Assembly: GCA_043754515.1 (NCBI GenBank)
Contig: JAYUUO010000241.1
Span: forward strand, 1-26,462
Reading direction: 5' to 3'
Origin: Armatimonadota bacterium
GTDB taxonomy: Bacteria > Armatimonadota > Armatimonadia > Armatimonadales > Armatimonadaceae
Length of the DNA: 26,462 nucleotides
The notes below the pieces were generated by a model. That model worked only from the letters and a program-made list of their open reading frames with translations. It did no database searches and was not told the origin of the DNA. Positions within the stretch are counted from its first letter, which is position 1. Each line of letters begins with the position of its first letter. Positions 18,511 to 26,462 of this stretch are shown here, piece by piece. The translations under genes were made by a program, and so were the position numbers.

Positions 18511-20334
18511 ATGAGTCGAACTGCCCGCGCCAAACGTCCCACTACCCGCGAACCGGTGCCCCCCGCGCCGCCCTCCCGGTCGGTGACCGTAGCGGTGTCC
18601 GAGACTCTGCCGTTGCGGAAGACGCTGGTCGCGACCGGTTCCCCAAGTGACCCGGCGCAACCCGTATGGGAGCGCGGCGCGTTGTGGCGCGAGTTGTTCG
18701 GCATTGACCTGCGCACCGTGGCCCTGTTTCGGATCGCGCTCGCGCTGAGCCTACTCGCTGACCTTTTTATGCGCTCCGTGGACATCGAGGTTTTCTACAC
18801 CGACCGGGGCGTCATGCCGCGCTTCTTACTAGATAGTCAGTGGAACGGCGCGATGTACTTCACATTCCATGGGATCGCCGACTCGCCATTCGCGGTCGGT
18901 ATGCTGTTTCTGGTAAACGCCGCGTTTCTCCTGTGTCTGCTGGTGGGGTGGAGGACGCGCCTAGTATCAGTGGTCTGCTGGCTGTTTCTGATCTCGCTCC
19001 AGTCGCGCAACCCGCTGATACTCCAAGGCGGCGATGTGATACTCCGAACGATGGCGTTCTGGGCGATGTTCCTGCCGCTCGGTGACTACCTCGCGCTGGA
19101 CGCGCGGAGGCGGTTCAGCACGCGTCTCCCCGGAGATGACCCGGCGCGGCCCGTGCGCGCGTTCTCGTGGGGCACCGCCGCCGCCGTGTTGCAGACCACG
19201 ATGATCTACTGGTTCAGTGCCCTACTCAAAAACGATCCGAGTTGGTGGGAGACTGGCTACGCGATCCATGTCGCGCTCAACATTGACATGCTAACGAGGC
19301 CGCTGGGCAAGTTCCTCGCGTCCATGCCGGTCGTAACCTATGTGCTGACCTTCGTCACCATCTGGTCGGAGGCGTTCGTGCCGTTCCTCGCGTTCTTCCC
19401 GCTACGAAACGGGCCGGTACGCACCGCCACTGTGTTTTACTTCCTGGCGTTCCACCTCATCGCCCTGCAATTCATGATGTATTTGGGGCCGTTCCCGTGG
19501 TCGTGCGCGCTCGCGTGGACGGTGCTACTGCCGTCCTGGTTTTGGGATAGGATCGCGCCGTGGTGGGCACGCGGCCCCGAGACCGGAATGCGCCGCCGAT
19601 TTTCGCGTTTCGCGGCACTATATCTGCCCCAGCGCGGAGTGCCGGAGCCGATGGAAGGGAATAACTCCCGCCCCGTTCAACTTGGTTTGTCACTCCCCGC
19701 GAGTATAATCGCCGGGTTCTACCTGATACTGATCGGCGTCTGGAACTTCCGAACCGCTTATTTCGGCACGCTCGTACACTGGTTCCCGCCCCGCTGGAAC
19801 GGCATCGCGGAGTTACCACACATGGATCAGTCGTGGGATATGTTCTCGCCGCGCCCGATGTCAGACGCCGGATGGTATGTGATCGCCGGTACGCTACGCG
19901 ACGGCTCCCGCGTGGACTTCATGCCCTGGCTCGCCGCGCGAGGCGACCCGACGCCGCTCAGTTGGGAGAAGCCCGCTCAGGTCGGAGAGCAGTTCCGGGA
20001 CGAGCGGTGGCGCAAATACCTCCTCAACCTCTGGTCATCCGGTAATCAGCGGTTCCGCCGCTACCTCGCGCAATACATAACCCGAACCTGGAACCGTGAC
20101 CACAAAGGCGCGAAAGAATTATGTGCGTTCGATATCGTGTACATGCGCCAGGATACGCCGGATCATTACGCGGCGATCCAGAGAGCGGTCCCAGTGCTAC
20201 TCTGGAAACAGTGGTGCTTCCCCGAGTTCGCGCCGCCCCCGGTGAGGGCATCGCTGAACCCGCCTAGTAACGCGGCGTCAGCCGCGCCGGGTGTCGGGCA
20301 ACGTCCGCGCGACCAGCAGACCGGCGGTCAGTAG
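18511..20334 (+). CDS. HTTM-domain membrane protein (vitamin K-dependent carboxylase-like / SdpB-like) with a C-terminal QxWxMFxP domain
   Basis: GIDLRTVALFRIAL, FYTDRGVMPR, SLQSRNPLILQGGD, IYWFSALLK..WWETG, LAFH and DQSWDMFSP. Confidence 0.82.
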   Translation: MSRTARAKRPTTREPVPPAPPSRSVTVAVSETLPLRKTLVATGSPSDPAQPVWERGALWRELFGIDLRTVALFRIALALSLLADLFMRSVDIEVFYTDRGVMPRFLLDSQWNGAMYFTFHGIADSPFAVGMLFLVNAAFLLCLLVGWRTRLVSVVCWLFLISLQSRNPLILQGGDVILRTMAFWAMFLPLGDYLALDARRRFSTRLPGDDPARPVRAFSWGTAAAVLQTTMIYWFSALLKNDPSWWETGYAIHVALNIDMLTRPLGKFLASMPVVTYVLTFVTIWSEAFVPFLAFFPLRNGPVRTATVFYFLAFHLIALQFMMYLGPFPWSCALAWTVLLPSWFWDRIAPWWARGPETGMRRRFSRFAALYLPQRGVPEPMEGNNSRPVQLGLSLPASIIAGFYLILIGVWNFRTAYFGTLVHWFPPRWNGIAELPHMDQSWDMFSPRPMSDAGWYVIAGTLRDGSRVDFMPWLAARGDPTPLSWEKPAQVGEQFRDERWRKYLLNLWSSGNQRFRRYLAQYITRTWNRDHKGAKELCAFDIVYMRQDTPDHYAAIQRAVPVLLWKQWCFPEFAPPPVRASLNPPSNAASAAPGVGQRPRDQQTGGQ

Positions 20335-21606
20335 CACGGCGGCGAAACCGAGTGCCGCCCCCGCGCCCAGCCACCGCGCGAGCTGCCCCGCGATCAGTGG
20401 CAGGAACAGCGCGGGGAGCGAGACGGCGTTCATCAGGCCGATGTAGATAGGCTGTTCGCCCTCCGGCACCGATTCGAGCAGATAGTTCGTGAGCGTGATC
20501 CAGTTCTCGACCACGCCCCCGAACACGAAATAGGCCGCGTAGAATAGCCACAGGTTGCCGCCGAGCCGTTGCCCCGCGAACGCCAGCAGGGGCCAGAGTA
20601 GGGAACAGGCTAGTAGCGCGGTCAGCGTGTGTTTGGGTCCCCGCCGGTCTGTCACCGCGCCCCATAGGGGCGCGAATGCCAGCAGGCCGATGGTTTGCGC
20701 GATCAGAAACTTCCCGGCGTCGCCCGCCGAGATCCGGCCCCCAGACGCGTCGCGGGCGAACTCCCACAGGAACGGTGCCGCCGCGACCGACGCCGTCGCC
20801 AGCACCTGTACCAGCGCGAGCCGAGCGAAGTCGGGCCGCTCCCGTAGCCGCCTCGGGAGCGAGGCGAGGAACGCGCCGAGCGGCAGGGTTTGCGTGACTG
20901 GTTTCGGGGGCGGGTCGTCGGGCGGCGGCTCGCGGATCAGGGCCAGAAATACCCACGAGATCGCGAGGAACACGGCGCACCCGCCGACGACTAAGCCGTC
21001 CGCGAGTGGGAACTTGACCAGATGCCCGCCGAGTAGCAACGTGATTAGTGCCCCGACCCCCAGTTTGCCGACGCCACTGAACGCCTGCGTCGCGGCGAAC
21101 AGTGTGCCGCGCCGCCGCGACGGGATCGCCCTCCCGATGAGCGCGGTCCACGGGACGCCCCCGCAGCCGTCGCAAAACCAGCCGAAACTATACACCCCGG
21201 TGAACATCAGTAGCGCGAGTTCGGGGCGGCTCTTTCCGAACAGCACGATCAGCGCGCCCGACGCGAAGTAGCCGACGCGCCCGAAAAACGTCACGAATAG
21301 CAGGATCGGCTTGTACCGGGTGGCGTTCTGGAGGCGGTGCGCGACGAAGAGTTGCGGCAGGTAGTACGCCCCCTGCCGGATGGAGCCGATTACGCCGAGC
21401 AGTGCCAGATCGCCCCCGAGCCGCCCCACCAAAGCCGGGAGCGCGGTCGCGGAGTCGAGAAACGCCGACCCGATCACGAAGCACGCGACGTCGCCGACCA
21501 GCATCGCGAAGTTGAATCGGGCGTGTGGCGGCGCGAACTCCGTGCCCCAAGTCGCCGCCGTCGGCGCGACCGCCGCCCCGCTATCGGGAACGACCGGCTC
21601 GCTCAC
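20278..21606 (-). CDS. MFS transporter
   Basis: About 12 TM helices and motif A-like WGAVTDRRGPK. The GTG start overlaps the upstream TGA. Confidence 0.88.
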   Translation of the reverse strand: MSEPVVPDSGAAVAPTAATWGTEFAPPHARFNFAMLVGDVACFVIGSAFLDSATALPALVGRLGGDLALLGVIGSIRQGAYYLPQLFVAHRLQNATRYKPILLFVTFFGRVGYFASGALIVLFGKSRPELALLMFTGVYSFGWFCDGCGGVPWTALIGRAIPSRRRGTLFAATQAFSGVGKLGVGALITLLLGGHLVKFPLADGLVVGGCAVFLAISWVFLALIREPPPDDPPPKPVTQTLPLGAFLASLPRRLRERPDFARLALVQVLATASVAAAPFLWEFARDASGGRISAGDAGKFLIAQTIGLLAFAPLWGAVTDRRGPKHTLTALLACSLLWPLLAFAGQRLGGNLWLFYAAYFVFGGVVENWITLTNYLLESVPEGEQPIYIGLMNAVSLPALFLPLIAGQLARWLGAGAALGFAAVLLTAGLLVARTLPDTRRG

Positions 21607-22334
21607 GGTTCCGGCTTCGGGGCGGTCGCGGTACTACCACCGCCCGCGCCTTCTTTCTCGGAGGCGGTCTTGAGCGGCTTGAGGGTTTCGAGCAGGACCG
21701 GCATCCGGTCATCGAGCAGGATGTTCTCCACGAACGCCCCGGCGGCGAGTTTGAGCACCTCCTCGCGCGGTGCCTTGCGCGGGTCGGCGCGGTACCGCGC
21801 GGGGATGCGCCGGCTCCCGTAGGTCGCGATGCTCTGCTTTTCCATCTCGGCCTTCTGCGCGTCGGTGAGCGTCGGCCAGAGCACGCCGAGGATCTTTTCC
21901 ACGGCGTCGCGCTTCGCGGTGCCGATCCGCGCCATGGCGGCCTTCTGGCGATCCGCGAACTGAGTCTCGGCGGCGGCGGGGATCGGCTTCCCGGCGAGCG
22001 CTCCGTCGCGTGCTGTCTTCATGTCGTCCGCGATCTCGCGCATGGCGGCGTCGTCTTTGTCGCGCCGCGCCTTATCCGCGGCAAGTGTTTCTTTGACGAC
22101 CTTCGCCATCGCCTGGATCTGATCCGCGCCGAGGTTGACGCTTTGTAGGGAGCGGAGCAGGATCAGGTCGTACACATCGCGCCGCACGGCGTTCGCATCG
22201 GTCGCGGGCACTGTAGCGGGTTTGGGCGGTGCCTTCGCGCCCGCGACGACACCAGACACCGCGACGCAACAGAAAAGAAGCGCGGGAGTAGCGGCGCGGA
22301 CGAGGGAGAAAAAGGTAACGGTTGGTGATTTCAC
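21603..22334 (-). CDS. Secreted alpha-helical hypothetical protein with LTXXQ-like motifs (Spy/CpxP-like)
   Basis: Signal peptide, then VNLGADQIQAM and PTLTDAQKAEM bracketing a helical region. Translationally coupled to the MFS gene. Confidence 0.65.
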   Translation of the reverse strand: MKSPTVTFFSLVRAATPALLFCCVAVSGVVAGAKAPPKPATVPATDANAVRRDVYDLILLRSLQSVNLGADQIQAMAKVVKETLAADKARRDKDDAAMREIADDMKTARDGALAGKPIPAAAETQFADRQKAAMARIGTAKRDAVEKILGVLWPTLTDAQKAEMEKQSIATYGSRRIPARYRADPRKAPREEVLKLAAGAFVENILLDDRMPVLLETLKPLKTASEKEGAGGGSTATAPKPEP

Positions 22335-22583
22335 GCTCTATCATAGCACGTCGGACGCGCCCCCGAAAAACCGCGCCGCGAAAAACCGGGCGAATGAAGG
22401 AGTTTCGGCAGTTGCCGACCAATATCACTAGCGGAAACGATGTCGTGATCCCCTCGTCAAACAAACGGCACCGGAAACAGTGACCGTCAGACTACGGGCG
22501 GCGGGACACAGGGCGCGAGCCGCGTCGTCAATCGGCTCCGCGGGTTGTTTTACACAATCGGCTTCGCAAAAGGAAGGGTACGA

Positions 22584-23090
22584 ATGGTCTTTTTAAGCGG
22601 TCCGCGTCAAACGGCGGGGCGAAAATTTCTAGTGGCATCAGCGGGCGGCGTGGCGGCGGTGCTGGCTCTGGCGGCGATGCTCGGCGGTTGCGGCGGCGGC
22701 GGCTCCGCCGATAACAGCACCAACAACCCGGCCATCACGACGGCGACCGTAACCGGGCGGCTGATCGAGAGCACGACCACGGATCTCATCAGCGGCGCGG
22801 TGGTGACGTTCGGCGACCAGACTACGACGACAGGCGCATCGGGTCAGTTTACGTTCACGGTTCCTGGGAACGGCGACTCCCGAACCCTGCTCATAACGCT
22901 CCCCTCCGGTCTCTACTTCGCGCGCGGCGACGTTGGTGATGCTAACGGCACCGCCACCTGCGTCGCCAACATCGGCACCACCGGCATCCCGGTTGACAAG
23001 TCGAAGTTGGTGGTCGGCTCACAGTTCAGTGTCGGCAATATCAAGGTGTACAGCCAGAGCGGGCCGCCGCCGCCGCCGTGCGCGTTCTGA
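22584..23090 (+). CDS. Lipoprotein with a carboxypeptidase-regulatory-like (beta-sandwich) domain
   Basis: Lipobox LGG-C followed by GGGGS; TVTGRLIE...GAVVTFG..TTTGASGQFTF; ends GPPPPPCAF. ATG at 22584 follows AGGAAGGG. Confidence 0.78.
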   Translation: MVFLSGPRQTAGRKFLVASAGGVAAVLALAAMLGGCGGGGSADNSTNNPAITTATVTGRLIESTTTDLISGAVVTFGDQTTTTGASGQFTFTVPGNGDSRTLLITLPSGLYFARGDVGDANGTATCVANIGTTGIPVDKSKLVVGSQFSVGNIKVYSQSGPPPPPCAF

Positions 23091-23123
23091 GGGGGAGACT
23101 CCAGGGTAAGCAGTGGTGTGGTC

Positions 23124-23186
23124 CGTGCCCTCTCTCCCTTACCCGTCTCCCTCCGGAGGGAGACGGGTGAAGGGAGAGAGGGCGCG
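23124..23186. repeat. Near-perfect palindrome of the CCCTCTCCC/GGGAGAGGG repeat family, related to the arms at 16697-16959
   Basis: GCCCTCTCTCCCTT-ACCCGTCTCCCTCC / GGAGGGAGACGGGT-G-AAGGGAGAGAGGGC: two 14-bp stems with one bulged G. Confidence 0.85.
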
Positions 23187-23241
23187 AACACTCCGACGAA
23201 GCGACCCCTCTAAAACGCATATGTAACCCACAGTCCAAACC

Positions 23242-25179
23242 ATGTCTACCCCCGAATCGAGCCGATGGAGCGTCAACGCGGACGGCAACGGCATCGTCTG
23301 GGATGTCGCCGACCAAACGAACCCCGCGAACCTCCTGCCGCACGCCGATCACGTCGAAATGAGTGGGCGGCGCGTTTCCGTCATCGTGCGCTACCGCGTG
23401 GACAAATCGCGGCGGCTATTCGTCGAGCGCGACATGATCTTCCCCCAACTGCGCGTCCGCGAGAACGACGTGCGCGGCTACCTGCGACGCGTTTATGACG
23501 ACCGGTTCTTCCTACCTCGCTTCGTAATCGAAGGCGAGGAGTGGTATCCGCTAGTGACACCGGTCATGCGTATCGCTCAGGACAAAGGTTGTCTGACTGT
23601 TTACTACAAGCTGGAGGCACTCGGAATAACGATTGAGCGCGTTCTTTTCCCGGACGCAACACGTGCCACGGTTTGGGAAGACTGGCAGTTTTACGCGGAT
23701 GATGGGCGCGATCTCACCGTCGATCGGCTTCCGCGCATGTTCTCGGACTACGATTATGGGTTGGATAAGACATACGGTATCGTCGCCGGGAATAGATATC
23801 TGTCTGGCAAAATGCGGCAGAACGATGGGATAATCACTTACATTCCGGTCTTCTTCGACGCCTGCACCATTGACCCCGACACGAACCCGTCCCCGATAAG
23901 CCCGGAGGAATACTTTACTGCCTCGGAGGGCCGTATTTCATTCGATAAGCGGATCCAATCCGACCCCGCGCACATCGCCTTTCACTGCCCCGACCCCGAA
24001 CTCAACCAGCTCTTCGCGTTCGCCAAACTCCGCGCCGCCGAGTCGCTGTTCGAGACCGAGCTTATGGGACTCGTCCACTCCCCCGGCGGCGGCAACTTCT
24101 ACTGCGGCATCTGGGCGAACGATCAATGCGAGTATTCCGCGCCGTTCTTCGCGTTTCTGAACGATCCCAGTGCGAACGAAGCGTCGGTGAACGCGTACCG
24201 TCACTTCGCGAAGCACATGATGCCTGAATATACGCCCGTGCCGAGTTCTTTCGAGATGAGCGGCCACATTCCCTACCGCGCGTGCGGCGACCGGGGCGAC
24301 GCGGCGATGATCGCGTCCGGGATGGCGCGTTACCTGCTGGTACGGGGGGATCGCGCCCTCGCCGCCGAGATGTACCCCGCGCTGACGTGGTGCAACGAAT
24401 ACAACCGGCGCAAGACCGACAAACGTGGCGTGGTGCTGTCCGACACGGACGAACTCGAGGGCCGTTTTCCGACTGGCGACGCGAACCTGTCTACGTCAAC
24501 GCTCGCCTATGACGGCTACCGGATGGGTGCGCATATCGCCCGCGAACTCGGCCACACTGACGACGCGGCGGATTGGAACGCCCGCGCGGACGCGCTCGCG
24601 CTCGCAATCGAGGCGCACTTCGGCGCGGCCGTGGAGGGGTACATGACGTACCGCTACCACGACGGCAACACGGTGCTCCGCTCGTGGATCTGTCTGCCGC
24701 TCGTGTTCGGGCTTGCGACCGGGACCCGCGCGTCAGGCACGGTTGACGCGCTCTTCTCCCCGCGCCTCTGGATGCCTGGCGGTCTGGCGACACAGGCGGG
24801 CGACACGACATTCTGGGATCGCTCCACGCTGTACGGTTTGCGCGGCGCGTTCATCGCGGGCGCGACCGAACTCGCCTACGCCCGTCTGCTCGCCTACTCG
24901 CGCCGCCGTTTACTGGGCGATCACGTGCCCTACCCAGTCGAAGCGTACCCCGAGAACGATCAAGCGCATCTGTCCGCCGAATCCGCGCTCTACTGTCGCG
25001 TGTTCCTGGAAGGCTTGCTCGGTATCGTGCCCACAGGCTTCGACTCGTTCACGGTGACGCCGCGCCTGCCAAGCGGGTGGGACGAGTACAGCGCGCGGTT
25101 CACGGCGTTCGGCGGGCGCGACATCTCGATACGGGTGTTCCGCAAGGCGGGTGAGGTGGCGTATTCGATGACGGGGTAG
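23242..25179 (+). CDS. Six-hairpin glycosidase-like protein (uncharacterised (alpha/alpha)6 glycoside hydrolase)
   Basis: HSPGGGNFYCGIWANDQCEY, GDRGDAAM, SDTDELEGRFPTG, LRSWICLPL, FWDRSTLY and HLSAESALYCR; ends with a GH-type TPRLPSGW. No signal peptide. Confidence 0.75.
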   Translation: MSTPESSRWSVNADGNGIVWDVADQTNPANLLPHADHVEMSGRRVSVIVRYRVDKSRRLFVERDMIFPQLRVRENDVRGYLRRVYDDRFFLPRFVIEGEEWYPLVTPVMRIAQDKGCLTVYYKLEALGITIERVLFPDATRATVWEDWQFYADDGRDLTVDRLPRMFSDYDYGLDKTYGIVAGNRYLSGKMRQNDGIITYIPVFFDACTIDPDTNPSPISPEEYFTASEGRISFDKRIQSDPAHIAFHCPDPELNQLFAFAKLRAAESLFETELMGLVHSPGGGNFYCGIWANDQCEYSAPFFAFLNDPSANEASVNAYRHFAKHMMPEYTPVPSSFEMSGHIPYRACGDRGDAAMIASGMARYLLVRGDRALAAEMYPALTWCNEYNRRKTDKRGVVLSDTDELEGRFPTGDANLSTSTLAYDGYRMGAHIARELGHTDDAADWNARADALALAIEAHFGAAVEGYMTYRYHDGNTVLRSWICLPLVFGLATGTRASGTVDALFSPRLWMPGGLATQAGDTTFWDRSTLYGLRGAFIAGATELAYARLLAYSRRRLLGDHVPYPVEAYPENDQAHLSAESALYCRVFLEGLLGIVPTGFDSFTVTPRLPSGWDEYSARFTAFGGRDISIRVFRKAGEVAYSMTG

Positions 25180-25359
25180 GCAGTGCGGAGGTGTCCTGGA
25201 GGTAGCAGTAAGGTGCGGTACCATGGAGTAATCGCCCTATCTATCGTCCCGCATCACCTAATCACCCTGCGCCGCGCGGCTCCCTGATGCGGCTTCCTGA
25301 CGCATTGGCATTTCGATGTATTTACAATCTGACGTCATCTAAAAAGAGGAGGAACGCAA

Positions 25360-25947
25360 TTGAACCAAGTTTGGACGATACAGCCGTTGCTCGTCTGGGA
25401 GAGGCTACAGGAGGAGCGGGTGTTGCTGGTGGACGAATCGCTGGCCGACATCAGCTGGGTGGACTCGTACGACTGGATGCGCGAGCAGATGCGCGAGCGG
25501 CTCCCCGGCAACCGGGGGCTGTACCCGTGGTGGGCGTGGTACGCCCCCAAGCCGAATCTGCGCCGGATACGCCACTTAGGGGACAATGAAGGGGGTACGC
25601 CCTACGTGCGCATTGAACCGTTGTTACCGGACGAGCAGGTGTTGATCTCTCACCTGGACGCCTGGGTCTATGTGATCAACGGGTCGATAGTCCCATACAC
25701 ATGCAAAGAGCACGTGGAGTGGATGGATTGGGAAGACACCTTCGAAGGTGGGCCGCTACCGGAGGGTGCTAAAGCCATGCGGGAGGCGACGTGGCCCCGG
25801 ATCTTCGAGCGCGACCTGCCCGCGCGCGGGATGGAGGACCGGGAAGGTCTGGAGCACGGCATATGGGTGGAGGACTACTGGCAGGCGACCTTTGAGGAGT
25901 TGCGGATGGACGACGTGCGGAAGGTCACGCACTTCCTGTCCAGGTAA
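25360..25947 (+). CDS. DUF3841 domain-containing protein
   Basis: TTG start after a strong SD (AGAGGAGG). Motifs VWTIQ, YDWMREQM, YPWWAWY..KPNLR, VLISxxxAW, WPRIF and QATFEEL. Confidence 0.8.
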   Translation: MNQVWTIQPLLVWERLQEERVLLVDESLADISWVDSYDWMREQMRERLPGNRGLYPWWAWYAPKPNLRRIRHLGDNEGGTPYVRIEPLLPDEQVLISHLDAWVYVINGSIVPYTCKEHVEWMDWEDTFEGGPLPEGAKAMREATWPRIFERDLPARGMEDREGLEHGIWVEDYWQATFEELRMDDVRKVTHFLSR

Positions 25948-26323
25948 AGGTTGACAAGCGATGAGGCAAGTGAAACCGTCTCTCTCTGCTGATTGTGGCT
26001 ACGGGCGTGTCAGAGTTCCGCCCAGGAGGGCAGCTTGTGCCTCCGTCATGGGCACGCCTCGTCCCACGTTTTCGCGCCGTGCGACGCGCTTCCCGCGCCC
26101 ATAAGCCGCGCGAATACCCCCTCCCGAAAAACAATGCCCCACACGCCGCGCCTCCTCTTGTAAAAGTTCGTGAAATCCGGTACAAAGTACAGACCTACAA
26201 GGAGCGGGGAAGGTACGCCCCTCCTGTAGTCGCCCCGAACCTCGCGGGGCGAACCGGAGTTCGCGGCAGGAGTTTACCACCCGCCCCGCGAATTGTACCT
26301 GCGGAAAGTGTCAGCGGTTTTTT

Positions 26324-26462
26324 ATGGCGCATATTTTTCGACCCAGTAGCAACACCTTTGCCGTCCTCAGCCTGCTCGCGGGGGCGGTCGTGCCGTTCGG
26401 TCTCATCCTCGGAATGTCGGAGTTCACGCGTTCCGGCTACGTGACCAAAGTCGGCGTCGCCT
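26324..26462 (+). CDS. actA: Alternative complex III multiheme cytochrome c subunit ActA-like (partial, runs off the right edge)
   Basis: MAHIFRPSSNTFAVLSLLAGAVVPFGLILGMSEFTRSGYVTKVGVA matches the MxQIFxxxxN-TM-RSxYxTxVG start of ActA/cytochrome c3-family proteins. The heme motifs lie outside the window. Confidence 0.7.
   Translation, partial: MAHIFRPSSNTFAVLSLLAGAVVPFGLILGMSEFTRSGYVTKVGVA

Noticed and set aside
22584..22690. Tat signal in the lipoprotein (GRKFL)
   Set aside because: It lacks the twin arginine; a Sec/SPase II signal is sufficient.
25995..26444. 149-aa plus-strand ORF
   Set aside because: No recognisable motifs; it spans a promoter-like region and overlaps the ActA-like ORF in another frame.

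Overview
GC-rich bacterial chromosomal window; the PEP-CTERM tail, T-box riboswitch, ACIII ActA and Armatimonadota-style hypothetical proteins suggest Armatimonadota (inference). Left to right: the left end of an IS3-family element cutting a TPR-like gene; a PlsC-type acyltransferase; a decay zone with two pseudogene remnants missed by the ORF track and a frameshifted PEP-CTERM gene; a four-gene ABC-2 exporter; two secreted hypotheticals, one split by an in-frame TAG; a complete sigma70 promoter, Val T-box and valS; a GspG-C-terminal-motif membrane protein; a MacA/YknX-like adaptor and an NBD-less MacB/YknZ-like permease separated by a 263-bp near-perfect palindrome (107-bp arms) where an ATPase gene would be expected; an HTTM (SdpB-like) membrane enzyme; an MFS transporter; an LTXXQ-like periplasmic protein; a lipoprotein; a six-hairpin glycosidase; a DUF3841 protein; and the start of ACIII actA. 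Several intergenic REP/REPIN-like palindromes abut or overlap stop codons. All product calls come from motif recognition by eye; no database searches were run.
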